DNA of 63,950 nt, counting the filler, from Hausera hauseri (taxonomy: Eukaryota): the NCBI GenBank assembly GCA_046269625.1. It is 12 parts of 12 records of this genome, joined end to end, with 100 filler letters (N's around TTAATTAATTAA, not from the genome) between each part and the next. Parts side by side here need not be neighbours in the genome. Positions count along the whole stretch, not along the records: positions 59,853 to 63,950 come from JBJURY010764206.1; 11 more parts are not named here. One strand, 5' to 3'. Positions 63,788 through 63,950 of the stretch are shown one piece after another. Numbering within the stretch: position 1 is the first letter of the stretch; each line of letters starts with the position of its first letter. The position numbers were made by a program, and so were the translations under genes. A model generated the notes under the pieces. That model saw nothing but the letters and a program-made list of their open reading frames with translations. It was not told the DNA's origin and did no database searches.

Positions 63788-63950
63788 TATTTCAACAAAA
63801 CACATTAACAAAACAACGTTTATAACAATTTTATGTACAATGGCGTCGAAGCCAGTCCACAAAATAATTCTCACATAAAAATGTCAATGAAATCTGATGC
63901 ATAATATCATTATATGTGACGGGTTGTTGCATACGTTCCAATTTCGTCAC

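Overview
This window is not one locus. It is 12 short (4-8 kb) eukaryotic contigs joined by an artificial 100-nt spacer (N44-TTAATTAATTAA-N44), so adjacency across spacers carries no meaning. Most content is decayed mobile or viral DNA from an AT-rich animal-like genome. Contig 4 (17524-25129) is an adintovirus/Polinton (Maverick) morphogenesis module: ATPase, core-like protein, chromo-integrase split by a 1.6 kb LTR-like insertion, two tandem pentons, a pVI-like protein and the hexon. Contigs 7 and 12 carry two different decayed protein-primed PolB genes with accessory ORFs. Also present: a hAT-like transposase with a nested Tc1, LINE ORF1 and RT/RNase H fragments, Gypsy gag and integrase fragments, an intronless nicastrin pseudogene, and a near-intact GC-richer ingi/L1Tc-type LINE with six zinc fingers. 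The most unusual signal, invisible in the ORF track, is a set of intronless, A-rich, multi-kb decayed reading frames that look like polyproteins. They are (1) a chain of signal-peptide/FN3-like/TM/PPxY modules (1-6973), (2) a divergent SF2 helicase (25230-27290), (3) a ubiquitin-like plus AT-hook frame (42000-43650), and (4) a DDX5-like pseudo-helicase/RS fusion (44313-49527). They may be pieces of giant cargo-carrying retroelements or endogenous viruses. All family calls come from motif recognition and manual translation; no searches were run. No rRNA, tRNA or CRISPR array was found.
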